Source: Sphaerochaeta sp. UBA6084
GTDB lineage: Bacteria > Spirochaetota > Spirochaetia > Sphaerochaetales > Sphaerochaetaceae
Direction: 5' to 3'
NCBI GenBank assembly: GCA_002428625.1
Contig: DIXI01000011.1
Span: 1-64,000 of the forward strand
DNA: 64,000 nucleotides
The stretch's first letter is position 1. The number at the start of each line of letters is the position of its first letter. This document shows positions 35,874-45,872 of the stretch, in pieces. A model generated the notes under the pieces. It did not search any database and was not told the origin of the DNA. It worked only from the letters and a program-made list of their open reading frames with translations. A program made the translations under genes and the position numbers.

Positions 35874-37004
35874 ATGCGAAATCGCGCGAATTGGTATAAA
35901 TCAAGCATAGTGCTTTGCGTGGTTCTCTGTGCCAGCCTTGCGACAATTCCGGGCAGTACCAATCTCTCGGTGGAGCTTAGCCTGCTCCAGCTGATAGCAA
36001 CCCCCGACCCGGCCATACTTGGGATGGACTGGAGGTATGTGTCCGCTGCTGATATCACGGTCGCTCTAAAATCCCCAAACACTGGCAATGTCCGGGGAGA
36101 AGTCGCCTTTCAGCTAACCCACCCTGCCATACCTCCTGGAACCCTGCAAGTGGATGCCTTGGTGCAGCGGGCCTATCTGCAGCTGCGCTTTCCTACGTTC
36201 CGCCTGACTTTGGGAAAAACCAGGCTGGACTGGGGGGAGGGGTCGGTGTTCAATGCAGGGAATGTACTGGAAGAGACCTCGGGCGGGGGAACAGCACTCA
36301 CTCTAGAAGGACCTACCTCCAGAAACCAGTGGCTGAGCGCCGTGAACATTCCACTAGGCCCGTTCAGCTTTTTGGAGGCTGTGGTTCTGCCACCGATATC
36401 CCTGAAGTTGGAAGAGACCTCCATCGGGGCGAGGTACTACGCTTCGTTGGGTGATATGAAACTGGAGATTGGCTATAGCTTGCGCTTTGAGCTTGCAGAC
36501 CCCGCTGATGCGGCATCCGGTCGCCATTTGCATCACCCCTATATTAACCTTCAGGGCAGTTATGGCCTGGATTGGCAATTGACCTCCTCGCTCGAATTGC
36601 CGACAGCGGAGGCAACTGCGCAGGTCCTCCGAGATTCGTGGACAACCAGCCTGGGACTGTTCCAACTGATTCCGATAGGCTACCGAGGGATGCTTTCGTT
36701 GAAACTGGAGGCCCTGATAGCTCCGTTCCTCTCTTGGAGCGAGCAGACAACCCCTACCCCTCAGTATGCATTGATGTTGTATCCAGAAATCTCCTATAGT
36801 ATAGAAGGCGGACCGCAGTTCACCGCCCGCTCCATCATCTCGCCAGTAGATGCCTGTGCGGTTTTGATGGGGGGTGTGCAGTGGAATATCCTGCAAGGGC
36901 TCACACTGCAAGCGTATCTTACCGCGAATTTGGGTGATGAGGACGACACGTTTGCCAGCGGTGGCAGCAGGGCTTTACTGTTCGGAGTACATTGGGTGTA
37001 TTGA
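35874..37004 (+). CDS. hypothetical secreted protein, putative outer-membrane beta-barrel
   Basis: 376 aa with a signal peptide, alternating amphipathic beta-strand-like segments and a C-terminal aromatic residue ('...FGVHWVY'). It is the last gene of the GntR-SPFH-ABC operon. Confidence 0.4.
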   Translation: MRNRANWYKSSIVLCVVLCASLATIPGSTNLSVELSLLQLIATPDPAILGMDWRYVSAADITVALKSPNTGNVRGEVAFQLTHPAIPPGTLQVDALVQRAYLQLRFPTFRLTLGKTRLDWGEGSVFNAGNVLEETSGGGTALTLEGPTSRNQWLSAVNIPLGPFSFLEAVVLPPISLKLEETSIGARYYASLGDMKLEIGYSLRFELADPADAASGRHLHHPYINLQGSYGLDWQLTSSLELPTAEATAQVLRDSWTTSLGLFQLIPIGYRGMLSLKLEALIAPFLSWSEQTTPTPQYALMLYPEISYSIEGGPQFTARSIISPVDACAVLMGGVQWNILQGLTLQAYLTANLGDEDDTFASGGSRALLFGVHWVY

Positions 37005-37019
37005 GGGAGGATCAAGACC

Positions 37020-37403
37020 ATGGAATTCATCACCATCGAAGGAGCGCTTACCAAGGCAGGCCATTATTCGCCAGCTGTCCGCGCGGGAAGCTCAATCTAC
37101 ATTTCAGGACAATTACCCATAGACCTTTTTACCGGCGAGTACTGTACTGGGGATATCAGCGAGCAGACCCAGCTGGTATTGCGCAATCTAGACCACGTGC
37201 TTGCTGCTTGTGGCGTATCGCGTGCAGCGGTGGCGAAAGTGACTGTATTCCTCGCGGATATCGCCAATTGGAACACGGTGAACGTGCTGTATGCAGCTTA
37301 TTTCGGCAACCACAAGCCAGCCCGGTCCATTGTCCCCACCCGGGATCTGCACCATGGGTTCGGCATCGAATTGGAAGCGGTGGTCTATAGTCCCCAAAAG
37401 TGA
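37020..37403 (+). CDS. ridA: RidA-family (YjgF/TdcF) reactive intermediate deaminase
   Basis: 127 aa with the conserved RidA motifs 'YSPAVRAG...IYISGQLP' and 'ARSIVPTRDLHHGFGIELEAVV'. Confidence 0.85.
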   Translation: MEFITIEGALTKAGHYSPAVRAGSSIYISGQLPIDLFTGEYCTGDISEQTQLVLRNLDHVLAACGVSRAAVAKVTVFLADIANWNTVNVLYAAYFGNHKPARSIVPTRDLHHGFGIELEAVVYSPQK

Positions 37404-37404
37404 C

Positions 37405-40065
37405 TCAGGGTTTTAACAACTCCATGAATCGATCGGAGTCAACAGCACGGGAGAAGAGGAACCCTTGGAACGCGCCACAGCCTATCTGACGGAGGAAATC
37501 CAGCTGCACCTGGGTCTCCACCCCTTCTGCCACCACATGCATATCGAGTTCGAACGCCATACCGACAATAGCCTTGAGAATCGAGCCATCGTCGCCCTCA
37601 GGATAATCCTTGATAAAGGAACGGTCGATCTTCAAGGTGTCCACTTTCAGATTCTTCAGGTAGCTGAGCGAAGAGAATCCTGTGCCGAAATCATCGATCG
37701 CCACCCTGATGCCGTCCTTGCGTAGACCGGCAAGCACGCTGTTCGCCGCGGGAAGGTCGGTGAGCAGGGTGCGCTCCGTAAGCTCAATCACCAGCCGGCG
37801 ATGTGGAACCCCATGCTCATCCAAAACCCTGACCATATCGGGCACAAGGTTCTTATCCTGGAGTTCTGTCGGACACAGATTCATCGAGATATAGAAATCC
37901 TGGTCGGCAGGCAATTTTAAGAAATCCAGAAACGCGACTACTTTCTTCAGAACGTAATCGCCAAGCAACCGCTCCATCCCGTTCTGCTCGACAATCGGCA
38001 GGAATTCAACAGGCGATACCGGCCCTAGCGCAGGATGCTGCCAACGTGCCAAAGCCTCAGCCCCGATCACCCTGCCTTCCGTGGCATGTACAACCGGCTG
38101 AAAATACACTTTGATATCGCCTGCGGCTATCGCCCGTGGAAAAACCTGCAGGATATCGTAATAACGGGTGAGTTGTTCGTTCACCCCTTCATCATAGACA
38201 AGAAAACCCGATTTCCGATAATGGTCCAACGTAGCCAAAGCCATCCGCGCCTGCGAGAGCATTTCCTGGGACTGAACACCATTTTCGGAACGCCGCGAGA
38301 CTCCACAGAGGATTCGGACCATATGGTTTGAGTTGGATATCTGCAAAGGCTCCTCAAATATTGTGAACAGACGCTTGAGCAAGGAGTCGCGCCATCCATC
38401 GGAAGTATCCAAAAGTGACAGGAGGTAGGTGTCGGGGGAATACTGTATCAGGAAATCACTTGAAGCCATCACTTTCGACAACCTCGCGCGCACAAGCTCG
38501 GAGAGCAGATAATGCTCTTCCATCACCAGCCCCTTCTCCACCTCCTCAATGTAGGGAAGCTTCACATACAGCAGCGAGAACCGTAAGTCCGTCTTGATCT
38601 TCCGTTCAACCCGTTGCAACGGCACGATGTTGAAATCCTCTGGAGAATCCCTATGGGTATGCATGAACTTTTCAAACGGTTCCCGAGAGAGATTGCGCGT
38701 ATTGGAGATAAGCCCCACATAGTAGATCAGCAGGCCATTGTTGTTTGATATGGCGTTGATCAACAAGTGGACCAAAGCCAGGTGCCCTTTACCCACGAGC
38801 CATACATAGCCTTTCCACGATTTTTCTTTCAAATTTGATCTGTGAAGCATCCATATTCTGAAGTCCTCTCCCTCCAAAGTCAAAAGAGCTTGATGGCCGT
38901 GCATGAACTCCGCTTTGGAATAGCCGGACATCAGTTCTAGCGTTGGGTTGCAGTAGGTGACTTGCAGCGAGGGATCGGCGATGAACACACCATCATGGGA
39001 ATGCTCGGCGACCAGGTTGCTGACAAGAAGCAGTTCCTTATCGTTTTTACGGAAATAAGCCAGCACGTTGATGATGCCGCCCAACAGCAGGATGAACACT
39101 CCGATGATCCATTTGACCGGTTCGTTCTGAAGGATAAAGCTATCCATAAGGATAGGGATATCCTCATCATGGAAGGATACGACCACGGTCCAATAAGTTT
39201 GGTTGGACTGATACCAACGGGAGGAATCGACCAGCGGTTTGATGTTCTCCCAATAGAAATTTTCCCCACCCATGGAGAATTCACTGCTCTCGGTATTGAG
39301 AATCCGTTCCCAAAGCTCGGATTTCTCCAGTTGCAGAGGTGTTTGAGTTTCAGGGTCGATGAATCCAGCGGTGGCATCCTCATTGGAACGATAGATAGCT
39401 CGGCCAGTCGAATCCACCACACTATAACGCTTGAGCTTTGAACTTCCGGAGAGGAATCTATCGAACAACCCCCGGATATGCGTACCGTCAGCAACGATGG
39501 CAAGCAGACCGACCATAGAGCCATCATGCCACACCGGGGCAGCCACACTTATGGAAGCGGAAGAAAAATCGTTATCGCAGTTGCAGATGGAGGAAAAGCC
39601 TACTTCCTTTTCATCTAGTTTATAGGATTGGGCGAGCATTGACTGTACATGCGCGCATAGGAAAGGGTCTGTTTTCAAAGGGCCTGTGGGGTTAAGGGTA
39701 TCGTAGCCAAGCAGAGGTTCCCCTTCAAGATTGTACAAGACTGTCTGCATGAGATACGGCCTGTTGTTAGCCATCCTGATAAAGAATTGCAAAAGGTCGT
39801 TTTGAGTCTCTTCCGATGGTCTCTCTAGGTATTCCTGGAATTCATTGGCGTTGCTCATAAGCTCAAGAGTGGCTTCATAATCATCAAACACATGGAGGAT
39901 CATGTAGTCCAGCAAACCGACATGCCCACGTTGCTCAGCTATAAGCTGGTCTTTGGCATTCGTCCGTTCGAGCAGAACCAATTGATTGTACATGAACAGG
40001 AAAAGGGCTGCTACAGGTAGGATCACGAGAAATCGTTTGATTATATTCCAGACCTGTTTCATCAT
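37405..40065 (-). CDS. membrane sensor protein with degenerate GGDEF and EAL (c-di-GMP phosphodiesterase) domains
   Basis: 886 aa with an N-terminal TM and periplasmic sensor region plus an internal TM. EAL motifs are present ('YFQPVVHATEGRVIGAEALARWQHP', 'ELTER', 'DDFGTGFSSLSYL'). The preceding GGDEF-like region lacks the GG(D/E)EF motif. Confidence 0.8.
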   Translation of the reverse strand: MMKQVWNIIKRFLVILPVAALFLFMYNQLVLLERTNAKDQLIAEQRGHVGLLDYMILHVFDDYEATLELMSNANEFQEYLERPSEETQNDLLQFFIRMANNRPYLMQTVLYNLEGEPLLGYDTLNPTGPLKTDPFLCAHVQSMLAQSYKLDEKEVGFSSICNCDNDFSSASISVAAPVWHDGSMVGLLAIVADGTHIRGLFDRFLSGSSKLKRYSVVDSTGRAIYRSNEDATAGFIDPETQTPLQLEKSELWERILNTESSEFSMGGENFYWENIKPLVDSSRWYQSNQTYWTVVVSFHDEDIPILMDSFILQNEPVKWIIGVFILLLGGIINVLAYFRKNDKELLLVSNLVAEHSHDGVFIADPSLQVTYCNPTLELMSGYSKAEFMHGHQALLTLEGEDFRIWMLHRSNLKEKSWKGYVWLVGKGHLALVHLLINAISNNNGLLIYYVGLISNTRNLSREPFEKFMHTHRDSPEDFNIVPLQRVERKIKTDLRFSLLYVKLPYIEEVEKGLVMEEHYLLSELVRARLSKVMASSDFLIQYSPDTYLLSLLDTSDGWRDSLLKRLFTIFEEPLQISNSNHMVRILCGVSRRSENGVQSQEMLSQARMALATLDHYRKSGFLVYDEGVNEQLTRYYDILQVFPRAIAAGDIKVYFQPVVHATEGRVIGAEALARWQHPALGPVSPVEFLPIVEQNGMERLLGDYVLKKVVAFLDFLKLPADQDFYISMNLCPTELQDKNLVPDMVRVLDEHGVPHRRLVIELTERTLLTDLPAANSVLAGLRKDGIRVAIDDFGTGFSSLSYLKNLKVDTLKIDRSFIKDYPEGDDGSILKAIVGMAFELDMHVVAEGVETQVQLDFLRQIGCGAFQGFLFSRAVDSDRFMELLKP

Positions 40066-40182
40066 GTATCCCTTAGGTCGATTGTACCCCAGAAGCGCTG
40101 ATAATGAAAGGTATCATTACCCAAAAGGCAAGCTTTGGAAAGCGGAGGCGCTGCCTTCTTTTCAGCTCACCTCATTGAGGAA

Positions 40183-40380
40183 TCAGCGGATGAACAGCCA
40201 CAACAGTAGGTACACAACCCCGATCAATAGAAGCACAGCTGGGAGGAACACCAAGAAGGCGGCGATCAGCATCGCTGTCAGATCGCCTTTCTCCAAGGGT
40301 TCCTTCTCCTCCGTCCGGTGCCGTTCCTCAATCTTCTTGACGTCCAGCACCCGTTCGATTCGTCTACGGAAAAACAACAT
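40183..40380 (-). CDS. small membrane protein (65 aa), distal gene of the opp-like operon
   Basis: A C-terminal hydrophobic helix 'MLIAAFLVFLPAVLLLIGVVYLLLWLFI'. It lies 4 nt downstream of OppF on the same strand. Confidence 0.3.
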   Translation of the reverse strand: MLFFRRRIERVLDVKKIEERHRTEEKEPLEKGDLTAMLIAAFLVFLPAVLLLIGVVYLLLWLFIR

Positions 40381-40383
40381 CGG

Positions 40384-42060
40384 TTAACCTTTATTCACAA
40401 GAGGATGATGGCAGGCGACGAAATGGCCCTCCTCCAACTCCTCCCAGGCGGGAATCACCTGCCGGCAGATATCCGTGCAATAACGGCAACGGGTATGGAA
40501 TTTACAACCTTTTGGAGGATTGATCGGACTAGGAATATCACCTTCCAGCAATACTGGTGCCGACTTGCTTTCCAAATCCGTGGTGGGGATGGCCGCCAGC
40601 AAGGCCTCGGTATACGGATGCAGGGCATTGCTGAAGATTCGTTCGGAAGGCGCAAGCTCCACAAGGTTCCCAAGATACATCACTCCGATGCGGTTGCTGA
40701 TATACTTCACCACTGCGAGATCGTGCGATATGAACAGGTAGGTGAGATTTTCCTTCTCCTTCAGGTCCCGTAGCAGATTGATGATCTGAGCCTGGATGGA
40801 CACATCGAGAGCGGATACCGCCTCGTCGCACACCATGAATTTGGGATTCAACGCGAGTGACCGCGCGATTCCAATCCGTTGTCTCTGGCCACCTGAGAAT
40901 TGGTGTGGATACCTATGGATCATATAGGAGGCAAGCCCGCAGTCCTCCATCACCTTCATCACATATTCCTGCATCAGCTCTCCGTCTTCCTTAAAATACC
41001 GGTGGGCGAGCAAACCTTCACCGATAATCTGGCCAACTGTCATCCGTGGGTTCAAAGACGAATAGGGGTCTTGGAATATCAGCTGCACATCTTTTCTCAG
41101 CAAGCGCATCTCGTTGTAGGTGAGACGGGATAAATCGATACCGGTATCCCTAAACGCCTCGTATCGAGCGAATTCAGCGTTGCCGGCATAGGCAAGACGC
41201 ATGGAGTCGATCTCCTGGTGCACCTTTTCCAATTTGGCCGTGAGGTCGTCGATCAACTTTTTCTGGGAAACCATGGCGATATTGTTGCTCTTGATCTGTT
41301 CTTCCAGCTTAGCAGTAGCCTTTCCCTTTTTCTTAGCCAGCCGCAACCGGCCCTCGAAATCGGTGTGGTCGAGCTGCAGGTCTTTGAGCTTCTCATCACA
41401 GACATGCCTTTGAGAAGCAAAATCATATGCTTTCAGAAACACCTGCGATACCGCGTTCATATCTTCAGCGACAATAAATCCGCCGATGAGCGGTGCGATA
41501 TCCAGCAAGGAGTCTTGCGCTGTCTTTATCGCGGCATCCAATTCATTGTGTTTGGCGAACAATTCCTTCTCGAGCTCAGCTTTTTTATCATCGGTAGCAT
41601 CGGCAAGTCGTTTCTGCGCCTCCTCAAGCTGGATTTTCAACACGTCCCTCTGCCCTTCCAAGGTATACATCTGATCCTTGCGCTTGGCGAGATTCTCCAA
41701 GGTGTGTTTCACGTATGCAGGAGCAAGGTCTTCCAGCAACCGACCATAGTACATGGTCTTGCCGTCGGTCTGACGGTACAGCTGCAGAAGCACCCGCCCG
41801 AAGGTGGATTTGCCGCAACCGCTCTCACCTACCAGTCCAAGCGTCTCGCCTTCGTAGATCTCGACATTCACTCCATCGACAGCCTTGACCGTAAGACGCT
41901 TGTTCTTCAAAGGAAAGTGTTGCTTGAGATTGGTTATTTTAAATAGTAGTTTCTTATCGCTCATGACGTTCCGCCTTGTTGGGATAGTGGCATCTGATGA
42001 GATGCTCGGGGGCGACTGGAAGCAGTTTGGGCGCTTCGGCGCGGCACTTGTCGGTCGCAT
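40384..42060 (-). CDS. oligopeptide/dipeptide ABC transporter ATP-binding protein (OppF-like) with a ~200 aa coiled-coil insertion
   Basis: Walker A 'GESGCGKST'. A K/E/L-rich insert separates it from the Q-loop region 'LRKDVQLIFQDPYSSLNP', followed by signature 'FSGGQRQRIGIARSL' and the C-terminal Opp 'TRCRYCTDIC' Cys cluster. Confidence 0.85.
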   Translation of the reverse strand: MRPTSAAPKRPNCFQSPPSISSDATIPTRRNVMSDKKLLFKITNLKQHFPLKNKRLTVKAVDGVNVEIYEGETLGLVGESGCGKSTFGRVLLQLYRQTDGKTMYYGRLLEDLAPAYVKHTLENLAKRKDQMYTLEGQRDVLKIQLEEAQKRLADATDDKKAELEKELFAKHNELDAAIKTAQDSLLDIAPLIGGFIVAEDMNAVSQVFLKAYDFASQRHVCDEKLKDLQLDHTDFEGRLRLAKKKGKATAKLEEQIKSNNIAMVSQKKLIDDLTAKLEKVHQEIDSMRLAYAGNAEFARYEAFRDTGIDLSRLTYNEMRLLRKDVQLIFQDPYSSLNPRMTVGQIIGEGLLAHRYFKEDGELMQEYVMKVMEDCGLASYMIHRYPHQFSGGQRQRIGIARSLALNPKFMVCDEAVSALDVSIQAQIINLLRDLKEKENLTYLFISHDLAVVKYISNRIGVMYLGNLVELAPSERIFSNALHPYTEALLAAIPTTDLESKSAPVLLEGDIPSPINPPKGCKFHTRCRYCTDICRQVIPAWEELEEGHFVACHHPLVNKG

Positions 42061-42943
42061 ACTTGCAACGAGGGGCGAATTTACACCCGGGAGGAAGGTC
42101 CAGGGGATGCGGAACCGTCCCTGGAATCACATCCAACCTATCGGTAGTGGACGTATCAAGCCGAGGAATCGAGAGCATCAAACCCTCAGTATACGGATGG
42201 GAGAACTTTCCATTGGTGAAAATCGTCTTCACTGGAGCCAGCTCCACCACTTCGCCGCTATACATCACGGCCACATCATCCGCCATCTGATTGATGACCC
42301 CGAGATCGTGGGTGATAAAAAGAATCGATGTACCCTTCTCCTGCTTAAGGTCATTCATCAGCTTGAGAATCTGAGCTTGGATCGTCACATCGAGCGCGGT
42401 GGTCGGCTCATCAGCTATGAGAAGGTCCGGCTTGCAGGCTAGCGCCATCGCTATCATCACCCGCTGCCGCATCCCACCGGAAAGCTGATGCGGATACTGC
42501 TTCACCACTTGCTCAGGATTTGGAATCTTGACATCGGAAAGCATCTTGATGGACTCAACCGCGGCCCGCTTCTTGGACATCTCCTGATGGACCATGAAGG
42601 CCTCGCTTATCTGTCGCTCCACTGTGAACACAGGGTTGAGGCTGGTCATAGGTTCCTGGAATATCACCGAAATCGCGTTGCCGCGGATCTCGTACATCTC
42701 CTTTGTGGAGAGCTTGGTCAAATCCTTTCCCTTGAAGAAAATCTCGCCGCTAGCAATATACCCGTTGCCATCCAGCAGCTGCAGGATGCTCATGGCCGAA
42801 ACGGATTTGCCGCAACCGCTCTCTCCAACCACGCCCAGCGTTTTGCCAGGCTCCACTTTATAGGAGACTCCATTCACAGCCTTGACGAGCCCCCTACGGG
42901 TGGTGAAATACGTATGTAAGTCTTTAAGTTCCAAAAGCGCCAC
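41954..42943 (-). CDS. oligopeptide/dipeptide ABC transporter ATP-binding protein (OppD-like)
   Basis: Walker A 'GESGCGKSV', signature '[15 protein letters not shown]' and the C-terminal '[10 protein letters not shown]' cluster. Confidence 0.85.
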   Translation of the reverse strand: MALLELKDLHTYFTTRRGLVKAVNGVSYKVEPGKTLGVVGESGCGKSVSAMSILQLLDGNGYIASGEIFFKGKDLTKLSTKEMYEIRGNAISVIFQEPMTSLNPVFTVERQISEAFMVHQEMSKKRAAVESIKMLSDVKIPNPEQVVKQYPHQLSGGMRQRVMIAMALACKPDLLIADEPTTALDVTIQAQILKLMNDLKQEKGTSILFITHDLGVINQMADDVAVMYSGEVVELAPVKTIFTNGKFSHPYTEGLMLSIPRLDTSTTDRLDVIPGTVPHPLDLPPGCKFAPRCKYATDKCRAEAPKLLPVAPEHLIRCHYPNKAERHER

Positions 42944-42954
42944 CGGGGGGCCTC

Positions 42955-44772
42955 CTAACGATCGTTCAATTTCGGGTCGATAGCATCACGCATGCCGTCT
43001 CCAGCCATATTGATGCTGATAGTGCACAAACTCAACGCGATGGACGGGAAAACCCAGCGCCACCAGTATTGAGACATGACCGTGGAATCGTTGCAGCCAT
43101 ACAACATATTGCCCCACGTCGCGTTCGGTTCATTCACTCCAAATCCAAGGTAGCTCAGGGATGATTCGTACAGCAGACACAAGGCGAAACTCAAGGTGAG
43201 GTTCACCAGCACCACCGTGATCACGTTGGGCAGGATATGTTTGAATATGATCTTGAATTCCTTGATACCCATGGCTTTTGCCGCAGTTACGAATTCCTGT
43301 TCACGTTCCGCCAGAATCTGGCCACGCACAAGCCTGGCAAGCGAAGGCCATGAAAGCAATCCAAGGATCACCATGATCATGGCGATCCTCCCCGTCTCCG
43401 AGACCTTGCTCCCGATGATAGCCGAAAGGATCATCGCCAGAGGGAGGAACGGTATAGCGTTCACCACTTCAGCCATACGCATGAGGAAGATGTCCATCGC
43501 TCCACCATAATAGCCGGAAATGGATCCGACGATGATGCCGATGAAAGCAGCGATAATGACTGAGATAGCGCCGATGGTCAAGGTGACCCGACCACCCACG
43601 AGCAGGCGGGAGAAGGTGTCGCGACCGTACTGGTCGGTACCCATCAGGTAGCCCTTAAGCCCCCAGGTATGGATGTTTCCTTTATTATCGATAGCATAGT
43701 TCTGGAAATAATCAGCGGAAACGTACACAATGCCCGACAGCTTGGGGACATCAGTCTGATGGTAGTAGTTCCACCCCCACGATGCTACGGTTCCATCTTT
43801 CAGGAGAGCGGTGAAATGCCCTCGGCCGGCAACCAAGTGGACGACATTCCCTTGGATCCGTTCAGGAATTTCCTGCACACCATAGTCTAGACCACCCCAG
43901 ACGTATACCCTGCCATCGGTAGTAAGGGCGGCCGCCGAACGGTCTGTGGTGGCGATATCAACCACCCGGCCCTGTATCGCATCCGGAACATAGTTGAACG
44001 GGGTTTCACGGGAAGACAGCGCCACAACCCTTTTATCTTTTGTCAAGGCGATCGCTGTCGTAGTGTTCACTACAACCTTGTCTATCGTACCCTGCACACC
44101 TCTTGTAGAGATCCGTGTGATATTCTCATTCCCCCAGACGTACAGGTTGCCATTCTCAGCAAGCGCGAGCGAGATCTGATGGCCCGCCGCCACCTGCTTG
44201 ATAGGCGTATTCATCGCTGCCGCGGGAATCGAACCCAAGTTGAAGCGGTCATTTCCCCAAGTGTACAGCTTGCCAGTGCTCGAGAGCGCTACCACATGGT
44301 CCAGCCCGGCGGAAACCTCCACGATCGGATCCATACCGGTGGGGATGGCTTTCAATTTAGCACTCAGGTTTCCCCATTGATATACTTTTCCGGATAAATC
44401 CACCCCAACCCCAAAAACCGCACCGCCGTCAAGGCCCGTTACATTGGCTTGCAAGGCTGAGGGTACTTTCATGAAGTTGTTGGATGGTCTTGTGTTCTGC
44501 TGAGTGGGATCTTGGAAAGTGATGTCAGCAGGAAACCATATGGGAAGGAAAAAACAGGCTAGGAAAATCAAGAGGAAGATGTATACGCCGAGCATGGCGG
44601 TTTTTTTCTCCCGAAAATTGCGGAGCATCGTCCGATACGGACTTTGCATCTGCTCTTCCTCGAGCAGAGAAAGCTTGGTGTGGCTTCGGCCAAGAAACAT
44701 GATACGCAGAACATCACCAAAGGTTGAACCACGTCTTTTTTTTGCATTATCGTTCATCACGCATCTCCTCAA
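42955..44772 (-). CDS. oligopeptide ABC transporter permease (OppC-like) with a ~300 aa RCC1-like beta-propeller insertion in periplasmic loop 1
   Basis: TM1 'LGVYIFLLIFLACFFLPIWF' is followed by at least five RCC1-like blades ('VSAGLDHVVALSSTGKLYTWGND', 'VAAGHQISLALAENGNLYVWGNE', 'TTAIALTKDKRVVAL', 'DRSAAALTTDGRVYVWGG', 'GRGHFTALLKDGTVASWGWN'). The canonical OppC TMD with the EAA-like region 'AAKAMGIKEFKIIFKHILPN' follows. Confidence 0.8.
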   Translation of the reverse strand: MRRCVMNDNAKKRRGSTFGDVLRIMFLGRSHTKLSLLEEEQMQSPYRTMLRNFREKKTAMLGVYIFLLIFLACFFLPIWFPADITFQDPTQQNTRPSNNFMKVPSALQANVTGLDGGAVFGVGVDLSGKVYQWGNLSAKLKAIPTGMDPIVEVSAGLDHVVALSSTGKLYTWGNDRFNLGSIPAAAMNTPIKQVAAGHQISLALAENGNLYVWGNENITRISTRGVQGTIDKVVVNTTTAIALTKDKRVVALSSRETPFNYVPDAIQGRVVDIATTDRSAAALTTDGRVYVWGGLDYGVQEIPERIQGNVVHLVAGRGHFTALLKDGTVASWGWNYYHQTDVPKLSGIVYVSADYFQNYAIDNKGNIHTWGLKGYLMGTDQYGRDTFSRLLVGGRVTLTIGAISVIIAAFIGIIVGSISGYYGGAMDIFLMRMAEVVNAIPFLPLAMILSAIIGSKVSETGRIAMIMVILGLLSWPSLARLVRGQILAEREQEFVTAAKAMGIKEFKIIFKHILPNVITVVLVNLTLSFALCLLYESSLSYLGFGVNEPNATWGNMLYGCNDSTVMSQYWWRWVFPSIALSLCTISINMAGDGMRDAIDPKLNDR

Positions 44773-45797
44773 GTCAACTTCACTCGCGGGTCCGCCAGCA
44801 CATAGCTCAAGTCCATGAGCAGGTTTCCGACGAGAGCGAGGATCAGATAGAACATCACCATGGTCAACGATACCGCGAAATCCTGCTGGTTGAGGGCGTC
44901 GATAATTACTTTACCCATCCCATTCCAAAGGAAGGTCCGCTCGATAACGACAGAACCGCTGAAGATACTGATGAACCAACCGGTCATGATAGTGATGAAA
45001 GGGATGAGCGCGTTACGGAACGCGTGGGAATAGATGACCACCTTCTCCGTAAGACCTTTCGCCCGGGCTGTCCGGATATAGTCGCGCCGCAAAGCATCGA
45101 TCATCGTTGCGCGCACATAGCGGGTAAGTCCGCCTAGGGAAGTGAACACCATGACGATCAAAGGTAGAGCCATATGGTACATCTTATCGACAAACATCCT
45201 CGACGGCGAACCGCTCAGTCCTGGGGTCTGCACCCCGCTGATGGGAAAGATCGGTAGCGTGACTGCGAAAAGGAAGATGAACAGAAGCGCGATGACGAAG
45301 AACGGCAGGCTGTACCCTACAATGGTCACCACCTGGACGGTATTGTCAAACTTGCTTCCCCGACGGACCGCGGTGGCGATTCCAAGGGGGATGGTGATGG
45401 CGAAAACAGGGATCAGGGAAGTGACGTTCAGCAGGATGGTGTTCTTCATCGGAACCCCGATCATCTGCTTCACTGGCATCTTGTAGGTCAAAGAATAACC
45501 GAAATCACCCCGTATTGTATTAAAAAGCCAGGTTATGTATTGCACTGGCAAAGATTTGTCCAATCCAAGTTTTTCTCTAGCCGCCTGGTAGGCGACCTCA
45601 TATTCCTCGGGACGCATATTCTGCTTGTTTCCTTCAAGCATAAGGCGGGCTGGGTCTCCGGGAACCGATTTATACAATGCGAAAATCAACACCGAGGCGA
45701 TAAGGAAAACCACGACGATGTATAGTAGCCTTTTTAATACATATTTGAGCACGGAACGTACCCTCCGAAAGAAATTGTATTGGTAAACAGAACCCAT
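44769..45797 (-). CDS. oligopeptide ABC transporter permease (OppB-like)
   Basis: 342 aa, 6 TM, EAA loop 'ARAKGLTEKVVIYSHAFRNAL'. ATGA overlap with oppC. Confidence 0.85.
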   Translation of the reverse strand: MGSVYQYNFFRRVRSVLKYVLKRLLYIVVVFLIASVLIFALYKSVPGDPARLMLEGNKQNMRPEEYEVAYQAAREKLGLDKSLPVQYITWLFNTIRGDFGYSLTYKMPVKQMIGVPMKNTILLNVTSLIPVFAITIPLGIATAVRRGSKFDNTVQVVTIVGYSLPFFVIALLFIFLFAVTLPIFPISGVQTPGLSGSPSRMFVDKMYHMALPLIVMVFTSLGGLTRYVRATMIDALRRDYIRTARAKGLTEKVVIYSHAFRNALIPFITIMTGWFISIFSGSVVIERTFLWNGMGKVIIDALNQQDFAVSLTMVMFYLILALVGNLLMDLSYVLADPRVKLT

Positions 45798-45872
45798 AGG
45801 GCACCGACTTGCGTCGAATGCCCTATGGTGGTTTGAGTGAATCCTAACTGTGTAGAGAAACCAAACCGAATG

